The position numbers and the translations under genes are program-made. This document shows, piece after piece, positions 9,744-18,415 of a stretch of 64,000 bases of DNA. The first letter of the stretch is position 1. Each line of letters begins with the position of its first letter. Source of the stretch: an uncultured Alphaproteobacteria bacterium (GTDB lineage: Bacteria > Pseudomonadota > Alphaproteobacteria > Micropepsales > Micropepsaceae); the NCBI GenBank assembly GCA_963849895.1, contig CAWKIU010000003.1:206114-270113 (forward strand), given 5' to 3'. The notes under the pieces are model-generated. The model did not search any database. It had not been told where the DNA came from and saw only the letters and a list, made by a program, of their open reading frames with translations.

Positions 9744-10481
9744 ATGGATAACACGCTACTAGTCAGCCTCTCTCAGCAGCTTGCGGCCTATCGCTCGATG
9801 GACGTGATCGCAAACAATATTGCGAACCTGTCGACGCCGGCCTTCAAGCGCGAAACCGCGACTTTCGAGCAATTTGTGCAACAGGTGCAGCCGTCGGAAG
9901 GCCAGACCGGCCCGCAAAACGTGAGTTTCGTCAAGGATACCGGGGTCGTGCGCGATCTCAACGAAGGTCGGCTGGACCCGACGGGCGCCCCCTTCGACCT
10001 CGCCATCACTGGCAAGGGCTATTTCGTCGTGCAGACTGCCAATGGTGAACGCTATACGCGCAACGGCCATCTCATGCTCAACGCCGACGGCGAGATTGTC
10101 ACCGGCGACGGCGATCCGGTCGTTGGGGACGGAGGACCTATCACCATCACGGCCGATGATGGAGATATCCACATTGCTGCCGATGGAACGGTCAGCGGCA
10201 AGCAGGGCCAGATCGGCAAGCTGCGCCTGGTGAGCTTTGCCAATGAACGCTCACTGACGAAAGAGGGCGCAAGCCTCTACGCCACCGATCAGAGCCCTAC
10301 AGCCGCGGACGACGCCAAGATCACGCAAGGCATGCTGGAGGCGTCCAATGTGGAGCCGGTCATCGAGATTTCGCACATGATCGATGTCATGCGCGCCTAT
10401 CAGGCGACGGCCAGCCTTACCCAAAGCCAAGAAGACCTCAAGCTTAAAGCAATCGACAAGCTCGGCAGCACACCGCAATAA
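9744..10481 (+). CDS. flgF: flagellar basal-body rod protein FlgF
   Basis: MDNTLLVSLSQQLAAYRSMDVIANNIANLSTPAFKRE is a typical rod-protein N-terminus. C-terminal MLEASNVEPVIEISHMIDVMRAYQA. The ORF track start at 9588 adds 52 non-homologous residues. Confidence 0.85.
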   Translation: MDNTLLVSLSQQLAAYRSMDVIANNIANLSTPAFKRETATFEQFVQQVQPSEGQTGPQNVSFVKDTGVVRDLNEGRLDPTGAPFDLAITGKGYFVVQTANGERYTRNGHLMLNADGEIVTGDGDPVVGDGGPITITADDGDIHIAADGTVSGKQGQIGKLRLVSFANERSLTKEGASLYATDQSPTAADDAKITQGMLEASNVEPVIEISHMIDVMRAYQATASLTQSQEDLKLKAIDKLGSTPQ

Positions 10482-10493
10482 GGAAACGTATAT

Positions 10494-11285
10494 ATGCGCG
10501 CCCTCAGTATAGCAGCGACCGGAATGCTCGCCCAGCAAACCAATGTCGAGGTAATCGCAAACAATCTCGCGAACATGAACACGACGGGGTATAAGGAGCA
10601 GCGTGCCGAGTTTCAGGATCTGCTCTACCAGAACATCGAGCAGGCTGGTGCCCAATCTTCGGATTCCGGCACCATCGTGCCCTCGGGCATCCAGCTCGGC
10701 GCCGGTGTGCGCACGGCGGCGGTCTATCGTGCCACCGGCCAAGGAGATCTGCAGACCACGTCCAATCCCTATGATGTCGCGGTCAATGGCCCTGGTTATT
10801 TCCGCATCCAGATGCCGGACGGCACAGACGCCTATACGCGGGCGGGCAATTTTGCGCTGTCGCCGGAAGGTCAGATTGTCACCCAGCAAGGTTATGTTGT
10901 CGCCCCTGGCGTTGCTATTCCAACCACGGCGACAGCCGTTACGATAAACGCGCAGGGACAGGTCCAGGCCACAGTCCCCGGACAGACCGCGCCGCAGACC
11001 GTAGGTCAACTTGAATTAACGCGCTTTCCTAATGATTCTGGCCTTCAGGCTCAGGGCAGCAATCTGTTCACGGAGACCGCTTCTTCGGGCGCGCCGCAAT
11101 CGGGCGTTCCCGGTTCCACGGGCTATGGAACGATCCAACAGGGCTTCCTCGAAACGTCGAACGTCAATGCGGTTGAGGAGATCACCTCACTGATCACCGC
11201 GCAGCGCGCCTATGAGATGAATTCGAAGGTCATAACTGCCGCCGACGAGATGTTGTCGGAGACAGCCAAGCTTGGAGGAGCATGA
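10494..11285 (+). CDS. flgG: flagellar basal-body rod protein FlgG
   Basis: 263 aa. MRALSIAATGMLAQQTNVEVIANNLANMNTTGYK...FLETSNVNAVEEITSLITAQRAYEMNSKVI. Confidence 0.93.
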   Translation: MRALSIAATGMLAQQTNVEVIANNLANMNTTGYKEQRAEFQDLLYQNIEQAGAQSSDSGTIVPSGIQLGAGVRTAAVYRATGQGDLQTTSNPYDVAVNGPGYFRIQMPDGTDAYTRAGNFALSPEGQIVTQQGYVVAPGVAIPTTATAVTINAQGQVQATVPGQTAPQTVGQLELTRFPNDSGLQAQGSNLFTETASSGAPQSGVPGSTGYGTIQQGFLETSNVNAVEEITSLITAQRAYEMNSKVITAADEMLSETAKLGGA

Positions 11286-11770
11286 TGTTGCGCTGTGCCA
11301 TCTTCATCTGTGCATTGCTGTTGTCTTCGCCTGCGCTGGCGAATACAGGCCTGCGCATCGTGGTTCCTGCACGCGACATTGCACGCGGCGCCACAATCCA
11401 ATCTGCGGATCTTACATTCCAGATGGTCGGCGACAATGTGCTGTCCGGTACTGTGACCTCTATGGACGATATCATCGGCATGCAGGCACGCCGCGTTCTC
11501 CATGCCGGTGAAAGCGTGCGCGTTGAAGATGTGCGCCGGCCGACCCTTGTCGTCAAAGGATCCACAGTCACCATGACCTTCGAGGCTCCTGGAATCACTC
11601 TGACCGCTGTCGGGCGCGCCATGAGCGAAGGGGGATTGGGCGAAACCGTGACTGTTCAGAACCCTGCTTCATTCCGGCAAATCAGCGCTATCGTGATTGG
11701 GCCAGGCTTGGTGCGTGCTCAGGACACCGGCGCAACGCTTAGCCCACGCATCGCAAGCATTCGACCGTAA
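11282..11770 (+). CDS. flgA: flagellar P-ring formation chaperone FlgA
   Basis: 162 aa, signal peptide, SAF-type segment ARDIARGATIQSADL and C-terminal GETVTVQNPASFRQISAIV. ATGA overlap with flgG. Confidence 0.8.
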   Translation: MMLRCAIFICALLLSSPALANTGLRIVVPARDIARGATIQSADLTFQMVGDNVLSGTVTSMDDIIGMQARRVLHAGESVRVEDVRRPTLVVKGSTVTMTFEAPGITLTAVGRAMSEGGLGETVTVQNPASFRQISAIVIGPGLVRAQDTGATLSPRIASIRP

Positions 11771-11785
11771 CGAGGATATCCGCTG

Positions 11786-12514
11786 ATGATCACCCATCCC
11801 TTTAAGACCATTCTCGCCTTGAGCGCGGCCGGATTGCTCGCGAGTTGCAGCAGCTATCAGCGCCTCTCAGAGCTTGGTACCGATCCCAAACTTGCGCCGA
11901 TTTCCAATCCCGCGGCCAAGCAGCCGGTGTCTCTGCCGATGCCCCAGCCGCCGGCCGAACCGGGCGGCGCGAATTCGCTCTGGCAGCCCGGCGCCCGCAG
12001 CTTTTTTCACGATCCGCGCGCCAGTCGCATTGGCGACATCCTGACCGTCAACATCTCTGTGGCCGATGCCGCGAAGATATCCAACACGACAAGCCGTTCA
12101 CGTACCAACTCCGACGCCGCAAACCTGACGAATTTCTTTGGCTTGGAAAAGTCCCTACCGACGTCGATGGATCCGGCAAATTTGGTGAATATGGGGTCCG
12201 ACACTTCGAATGTCGGCGCCGGTTCTGTGGACCGCTCCGAATCCATCAATCTTACACTCGCCGCGCTCGTTACCCAAGTTTTGCCCAACGGCAATATGGT
12301 GATCGGCGGTCACCAGCAGGTGCGCGTGAACGGCGAACTGCGCGACCTACAAGTCTCGGGTATTGTACGCACCGAAGATATCACCAGCACCAATACGGTC
12401 GATTTGACCCAAATCGCCGAAGCACGCATTTCCTACGGCGGGCGCGGAACGGTCAGCGACGTTCAGCAGCCGCGGATCGGCAGTCAACTCTTCGACATTC
12501 TGATGCCATGGTAA
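11786..12514 (+). CDS. flgH: flagellar L-ring lipoprotein FlgH
   Basis: 242 aa, lipobox LLASC. RASRIGDILTVNI...LAALVTQVLPNGNMVIGGHQQVRVNGE...VSGIVRTEDI. Confidence 0.9.
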   Translation: MITHPFKTILALSAAGLLASCSSYQRLSELGTDPKLAPISNPAAKQPVSLPMPQPPAEPGGANSLWQPGARSFFHDPRASRIGDILTVNISVADAAKISNTTSRSRTNSDAANLTNFFGLEKSLPTSMDPANLVNMGSDTSNVGAGSVDRSESINLTLAALVTQVLPNGNMVIGGHQQVRVNGELRDLQVSGIVRTEDITSTNTVDLTQIAEARISYGGRGTVSDVQQPRIGSQLFDILMPW

Positions 12515-12559
12515 GATATCGGCCAATAGCGACTGAAGCGGGCCACGAAAGGCTCTGAT

Positions 12560-12988
12560 CTAATCGTCCCGATAGACTTTTTCGCGGCGCTCGTGGCGCT
12601 CCTGCGCCTCGATCGACAGCGTGGCGATGGGCCGCGCATCGAGTCGCTTTAGGGAAATCGGCTCCCCCGTTTCTTCGCAAAATCCATAGGATCCGTCTTC
12701 GATCCTGCGCAGCGCAGCATCAATCTTGGCAATCAGCTTGCGCTGGCGGTCTCGGGTTCTAAGTTCGAGCTGACGCTCTGCTTCCGTGGAAGCACGGTCC
12801 GCCAGATCGGCATGAGGGACGGTCTCCGCCTGCAGATTCTGGATCGTCTCGCGGCTCTCACGCAAAATCTCTTCTTTCCAAGCCAGCAGTTTGCGGCGGA
12901 AATATTCGCGCTGTTTCTCGTTCATAAAGAGTTCGCTTTCCGACGGCTTGTAGCCGGGCGGAAGTTGGATCCCCATGCGTACTCCCAT
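12560..12988 (-). CDS. dksA: RNA polymerase-binding transcription factor DksA
   Basis: 142 aa. FMNEKQREYFRRKLLAWKEEIL...PHADLADRASTEAERQLELRTRDRQRKLI (coiled coil with the DxxDxA tip) and C-terminal YGFCEETGEPISLKRLDARPIATLSIEAQE. Confidence 0.9.
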   Translation of the reverse strand: MGVRMGIQLPPGYKPSESELFMNEKQREYFRRKLLAWKEEILRESRETIQNLQAETVPHADLADRASTEAERQLELRTRDRQRKLIAKIDAALRRIEDGSYGFCEETGEPISLKRLDARPIATLSIEAQERHERREKVYRDD

Positions 12989-13382
12989 GCAAGGTGGGCA
13001 GGTTAATGGGCCGGGGTTATAGCGGCGTCCAGGGCGCGCAGCAATCGGAAATCCAAGACGGTGTTAAGACGAAGAATTTCGGTTCGCCAATAGGTTAAGT
13101 CATCCGGGTGCTCGGGCATCAAAGTTTACGTCCCGGATCGGTCGCTAAATCCCCTTATGATCGCAGCAAAGAATGCGCAAGTACGGCCCACGGCCAAGAG
13201 CAGGCTACAAGCTGGTCTGGCGGAACGACCCGGCGGGCCGCCCACGCGACAGCCAAAATTCACCGCTATTATACGCCAAATCGGCAATAATCGGGATATT
13301 GCGGGGGTGGACAGGGGGGGTGCGATGTCCTATATCCGCCCACCCTTCGCGAGGCCAAAAAGCCGCGCAATCGGAACGATGA

Positions 13383-13459
<77 letters not shown>

Positions 13460-13464
13460 GTATT

Positions 13465-13500
13465 CAGCGCAGGGCCGTTTTTTTTGCGGGCCCTGCGCTG
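13465..13500 (+). terminator. 12-bp perfect hairpin after tRNA-fMet
   Basis: CAGCGCAGGGCC-gttttttttgcg-GGCCCTGCGCTG. The T8 run sits in the loop rather than the tail, so it is atypical as an intrinsic terminator. Confidence 0.45.
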
Positions 13501-13593
13501 CTACATCGTCGGGTCTGCAGATTACGACGTATCAACGCAAATTCGACCTCATTGCGCCTATATTAGGCACAGCGCCGCCGATATCCTAAAGAC

Positions 13594-16500
13594 ATGTCCA
13601 ACAAACCTATCTTTTTCGACGAAACGGGCAAACGCGCCGCTCGCCTTTCCGCGCTTGGCTGGGGCGTTGCAGTCCTGAGCACGCTGCTGGGTATCGCATT
13701 CGTCGTGAGCATATTGGCCACGCATCGCGTGATCGGTCCCCAGCTTCCCATTCGGATGACCGCGAATAACCAATTGGTGCGCAAAGCCGTGGACCCGGCC
13801 CTGCTCAAATCGGCGGCGCGCCTTGCCGCCGAAGCACGCAAACGTCAGAAGTTGGTGCGCGCTTGGCAGTTCAAGAGCACGCACGGTACCCCATCGCGCA
13901 AACTGGCCACCGCTCTTCGTCCGCTGCCACAACGGCCTTTGGCGATCGGCTTCTATGTGAATTGGGACGATACGAGCTACCCAGCACTGAAGCGCGCGCT
14001 ACCCAAGCTCGATTGGGTTCTGCCAAGTTGGCTGTCCCTCGAAGGACCTAACTTGACGCTCAAAAGGACGCTGGACGACAAGGCGTTGACGCTCGTGCGC
14101 GAAACCCGCCCGGGCGTCCCTATACTTCCGGTAATCCAGAACGAGGCGAATAACGACTGGAACGGTCCAGGCCTGCAAGAACTACTCGCCGATTCGGGGC
14201 GCCGTGCTGCGCTGGAGCATGAAATCGTTGCATTTCTCGCGACAAATAAGCTTCAGGGCATTGTTGTGGACTTCGAGGAAGTGCCGCAGGGCGCTTACGC
14301 CGACCTTGGCACCTTTCTCAGTGAACTCTCCGCAACCTTTGCCCCACATGGTTGGATCGTCGTTCAAGCTGCGCCCTATGATGACGACAGCTGGCCCTAT
14401 GTACGCTTTGCCAAGGTCATCGATTACACGATGCTGATGGCTTATGACGAACATGACGAGGGTGGCGCGTCGGGTGCAATCGCTGGCGAACAATGGTTCG
14501 AGACGACGCTCGACAAGCGAATGAAAGAGTTGGCGCCCAACCACACGATCATCGCGATTGGAAACTACGCTTATGACTGGCACGGTGAGAAGACCGCCGA
14601 CGAGCTGAGTTTCCAAGATGCAGCGGTTGCGGCGCGCGATTCCGAGGCGGAAGTCGATTTCGATCCCGACACCAACAACCCACATTTTTCCTATATCGAA
14701 AACAACGACGTCAAACACGACATCTGGTTTCTGGATGGCGTGACGGCTTACAACCAAATTCACGCAGCGGATATCTTCCGGCCTGCCGGCTATGCCTTGT
14801 GGAGGCTGGGCAGCGAGGACCCATCAATCTGGTCTGTTCTCGGGCGGCGCTACGACGCCTCCGCCCCGGCGGATTTGAAAATAATTCCAACCAACGAAGA
14901 TGTTGACTTCGAAGGGGAAGGCGAAATTCTGCGGGTCGAAGCCGAACCAACGCCCGGCGCGCGCACATTCGACGTCGATGCACAGACCGGCGATATCGAC
15001 GACGAAACATTTACGAAGCTACCGACAACCTACGTAATCCGCCGTGTGGGGGCGGTACCACATACGCTCGCTCTGACCTTCGACGACGGACCGGATCCGC
15101 AGTGGACGCCACAAATCCTCAACATATTGAGAGAGAAGAACGTCAAGGCGACATTCTTCATCATTGGCGCCAATGCGGAAGCGCACCCCGGTCTGGTTCA
15201 ACGGATTCTTGCGGAAGGCCATGAGATCGGCAACCACACTTTTACGCACCCTAATCTGGCTGAGACTTCCATCGAAGCCGACAAGGTAGAACTGAATGCG
15301 ACGCAACGGCTATTCGAAGCCCTGACAGGTCGTTCGATGCGCATGTTTCGACCGCCCTATCTGGGCGACGCGGAACCTTCCAACAAGGATGAAATCGTTC
15401 CGGTCCAGATCGCACAGGACCTCGGCTACATTACGATCGGTGTACACGTTGACCCGCTTGACTGGCAGTCGCCGACCCCCGAGCAAATGCTTCAGCGCGT
15501 GCTCAGCGCGGTCAATGACCCAAATCCCGATTTTCGCGGCAATATAATTCTATTGCACGATTCCGGCGGTGACCGATCGCATACCGTAGCCGTGCTGCCA
15601 GGACTGATCGACGCGTTACGCGCGCGGGGCTACCACTTTGTGCTGGTGTCGCGGCTTGCGGGGCTCACGCGCGACCAAGCGATGCCGCGGCTTGCGCCAA
15701 GCGCGTTGCTCTATGCCGACCGGCTGGTGTTCCTCACTTTAAGCTGGATTGGCTGCGCACTGTATTACTGCTTTCTGGCAGCGATCGTCCTTGGGATAGC
15801 ACGACTAATTATGCTGTGTGGTCTGAGCCTGTGGAACTATCGCAGAGCCACCGCCGGCGAGAGGCAGCCCCATTCGGCAGTCCATATTCCCGTTTCCGTC
15901 ATCATCCCCGCTTACAACGAAGCTAAAGTTATCGTATCGACCGTTGCGCGCATTCTCAGCAGCGAATACCGCGATTTGGAAGTCATAGTTGTGGACGACG
16001 GTTCGCGCGACAAGACAGCCGATTTGGTGCGCGAACACTTTGGCGACAACGCAAAGGTGATCCTCGTCAGCGTGCCGAATGGTGGAAAGGCCAAGGCCCT
16101 AAACGTCGGGCTTGCCCGCGCAAAGGGTGACGTGGTCGTCGCGTTGGATGCCGATACCGAATTCGAACCGCAGACGATTTCGCGCTTGGTGCGGTGGTTC
16201 ACCGATGCCGAAATGGGGGCGGTCGCGGGAAACGCAAAAGTCGGCAACCGTGTCAACATGATCACGCGCTGGCAGGCGCTCGAATATATCGTGGCGCAGA
16301 ACCTCGAACGGCGGGCCCTTGCGGCACTTGATACGCTCACCGTCGTTCCTGGCGCTGTTGGTGCGTGGCGGCGTTCCGCGCTCGCCACGATTGGCGGTTT
16401 TCCAAGCGATACGCTGGCAGAAGATCAAGATCTAACAATTGCCTTGCAGCGCGCGGGGTTCAAGGTGCGCTTCGATGCGTCTGCCATTGCATGGACAGAG

Positions 16501-17004
16501 GCGCCTGCCACCCTTCGCGGGCTCGCCAAACAGCGGTTTCGCTGGGCGTTTGGGACGTTACAATGTCTTTGGAAATATCGTGACGTCACATTCAATCCGC
16601 GCTGCGGGGCGCTTGGATTGATCGCGCTGCCTCAAGTTTGGCTGTTCCAAATTGTGCTGACGGCGCTCGCGCCCATCGCCGATTTGCTGCTGATTTGGCA
16701 ATTGCTGACCCAATGGATCGCCTATGTCCAACATGGCGCGGAATTCTCCAACGACAGCTTAATTACAGTTCTTATCTATTATTGCGTCTTCATGGTGGTT
16801 GATCTGGCGGCCGCCACGTTCGGATTTTTGATGGAGAGACGCGAGAATTGGAGCCTCTTATGGTGGCTCATGCTGCAACGCTTCGGCTATCGCCAGTTGA
16901 TGTATTACGTGGTGGTGCGCTCAATTGCGTCGGCGCTGCGCGGCGCGCTTGTAAGTTGGGGCAAACTAGAACGCGCCGGAACGGTGAAGCCGCGACACAC
17001 TTGA
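13594..17004 (+). CDS. tri-domain exopolysaccharide enzyme: GH18-like + CE4 polysaccharide deacetylase + processive family-2 glycosyltransferase
   Basis: 1136 aa, N-terminal TM. GH18-like region with GIVVDFEE (14257-14280). NodB/CE4 motifs TFDDGP (15076-), HEIGNHTFTHP, RPPYLG, IILLHD. GT2 motifs VIIPAYNE, VDDGSRDKT, LDADT, GAVGAWRR, QRFRW (16531-16545), followed by C-terminal TM helices. Confidence 0.85.
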   Translation: MSNKPIFFDETGKRAARLSALGWGVAVLSTLLGIAFVVSILATHRVIGPQLPIRMTANNQLVRKAVDPALLKSAARLAAEARKRQKLVRAWQFKSTHGTPSRKLATALRPLPQRPLAIGFYVNWDDTSYPALKRALPKLDWVLPSWLSLEGPNLTLKRTLDDKALTLVRETRPGVPILPVIQNEANNDWNGPGLQELLADSGRRAALEHEIVAFLATNKLQGIVVDFEEVPQGAYADLGTFLSELSATFAPHGWIVVQAAPYDDDSWPYVRFAKVIDYTMLMAYDEHDEGGASGAIAGEQWFETTLDKRMKELAPNHTIIAIGNYAYDWHGEKTADELSFQDAAVAARDSEAEVDFDPDTNNPHFSYIENNDVKHDIWFLDGVTAYNQIHAADIFRPAGYALWRLGSEDPSIWSVLGRRYDASAPADLKIIPTNEDVDFEGEGEILRVEAEPTPGARTFDVDAQTGDIDDETFTKLPTTYVIRRVGAVPHTLALTFDDGPDPQWTPQILNILREKNVKATFFIIGANAEAHPGLVQRILAEGHEIGNHTFTHPNLAETSIEADKVELNATQRLFEALTGRSMRMFRPPYLGDAEPSNKDEIVPVQIAQDLGYITIGVHVDPLDWQSPTPEQMLQRVLSAVNDPNPDFRGNIILLHDSGGDRSHTVAVLPGLIDALRARGYHFVLVSRLAGLTRDQAMPRLAPSALLYADRLVFLTLSWIGCALYYCFLAAIVLGIARLIMLCGLSLWNYRRATAGERQPHSAVHIPVSVIIPAYNEAKVIVSTVARILSSEYRDLEVIVVDDGSRDKTADLVREHFGDNAKVILVSVPNGGKAKALNVGLARAKGDVVVALDADTEFEPQTISRLVRWFTDAEMGAVAGNAKVGNRVNMITRWQALEYIVAQNLERRALAALDTLTVVPGAVGAWRRSALATIGGFPSDTLAEDQDLTIALQRAGFKVRFDASAIAWTEAPATLRGLAKQRFRWAFGTLQCLWKYRDVTFNPRCGALGLIALPQVWLFQIVLTALAPIADLLLIWQLLTQWIAYVQHGAEFSNDSLITVLIYYCVFMVVDLAAATFGFLMERRENWSLLWWLMLQRFGYRQLMYYVVVRSIASALRGALVSWGKLERAGTVKPRHT

Positions 17005-17008
17005 GTCC

Positions 17009-18415
17009 TCAGCGTGGTACATAGAACGCGCCGTAATCATCCGTGTGATCGAGCCGATAGGCCTTTGCCACGGCGTTATGTACGTTTTCACCCAATGAAT
17101 ATGGCGAATCGGGATCGAATTGAATGACGGCAAAATGCCGTGTCGCAATCATCGAAGAGAGCGGGATGTCGCTGCGGTCACCGGTCTCGAATTCTTCGCC
17201 GACATTGAAGGCGTCAACGGACGCAGGCTTGCCGGCCCAGTAGCAAATAGAAAGCATCTCGCACAACACCGGTCCCTTGCGGTCCTGAAGGAACGCAATA
17301 TCGCGTTGCGCGAGCTGCGCTTCAGATCGCATCGGGTGGAGCAAGGAGGACAAATTTTGCTCATCGTCGCCAGGGCTCAAACCACCGGCAAGAATAAGCG
17401 GCGCGACAAAGGCCCCGGCCGCAACGGCACTGCGCCAACCGCCAGAGTGCCGGTTAAGGAACAGGGCAATCCCGAGCGACAACGCGATGTCGGCGTCGAA
17501 GAGGACATTTGCATCGACACCCGCGCCACCCAAGAATAACGCGCCAAATCCAATGCCGATCGCGCTGGCAAACACGCACAGGCGTACATATTTGTCATTC
17601 CAATGCGACCATGCGAGAGCGGCCAAGCCGGTGAGTGGAATAAGGCCCCAATACAACCAGTTCAGGAGTCCGTTCCACAGATCTTCCAGAGCATAGGTCC
17701 GCGGCGAATTGAGCTGTGAAAACAGACTCGTCCCATAAACGAAGCGGAATAATACAAGACCGATAAGTAAGAACATAGAGGCGAACGCAGCGAGACGCAC
17801 GGCGCTGCGCCGATCATAGACGGCCAGCCAGACAAACATCGCCGTCCCCAATACGATGACGTTGTGTTTGATGAACACAGCTAGAACAAAGAGCAGGCTC
17901 GCGGCGCATACCCGCGACATGGATCGTGGCTCTCGCAACAATATCAGCAAGCCGACAATTGCAACGGCATGTGCGAGCATTTGAGGGTCATCCATCCCCA
18001 CATAGTCCGTGAACGTGAGCATGCCGCCGACGAAACAAAGGGCGGCGAACATTGCCTCGGCTCGCTCGCAGTTTATTCGCATCGACGCTGCAAAAATCCC
18101 GAAAGCGACAACACCAAGGGAGAGAAGAGAAATGATCCGACCGGCGACGATGTAATCGCCGATGCTTTTTCCCAGCGCGCCCACAATGTAGAACGACAGG
18201 GGCGGATAATTGTTGACCAAATAGCTTTCCGGTCCAGGATACAGAGGCAACCTCGACATCGCTGCCACGGCATGATACGCGTTCCAACCCTCATTGGGAT
18301 CGAGCGGCACATGAAGGCCGACGACGGCAATGGAGCGCCACAGGCCAACGCCACAGAATAGCGCCATGCAAAGCACGGCGATCTCCAGAAATTGCGCTGC
18401 GCGAAGACGGTTCAT
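17009..18415 (-). CDS. polytopic membrane protein, GT-C-like (function unknown)
   Basis: Start taken at MNRLRAAQFLEIAVLCMALF (18415), giving an ATGA overlap with the upstream gene. More than 10 predicted TM helices, NNYPPLSFYIVGALG-type loop, soluble C-terminal ~90 aa. The longer 513-aa ORF-track version is unlikely. Confidence 0.65.
   Translation of the reverse strand: MNRLRAAQFLEIAVLCMALFCGVGLWRSIAVVGLHVPLDPNEGWNAYHAVAAMSRLPLYPGPESYLVNNYPPLSFYIVGALGKSIGDYIVAGRIISLLSLGVVAFGIFAASMRINCERAEAMFAALCFVGGMLTFTDYVGMDDPQMLAHAVAIVGLLILLREPRSMSRVCAASLLFVLAVFIKHNVIVLGTAMFVWLAVYDRRSAVRLAAFASMFLLIGLVLFRFVYGTSLFSQLNSPRTYALEDLWNGLLNWLYWGLIPLTGLAALAWSHWNDKYVRLCVFASAIGIGFGALFLGGAGVDANVLFDADIALSLGIALFLNRHSGGWRSAVAAGAFVAPLILAGGLSPGDDEQNLSSLLHPMRSEAQLAQRDIAFLQDRKGPVLCEMLSICYWAGKPASVDAFNVGEEFETGDRSDIPLSSMIATRHFAVIQFDPDSPYSLGENVHNAVAKAYRLDHTDDYGAFYVPR

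Noticed and set aside
8101-9751. 229-aa and 312-aa plus-strand ORFs
   Set aside because: They are antisense to fliM and fliL and have no recognisable features.
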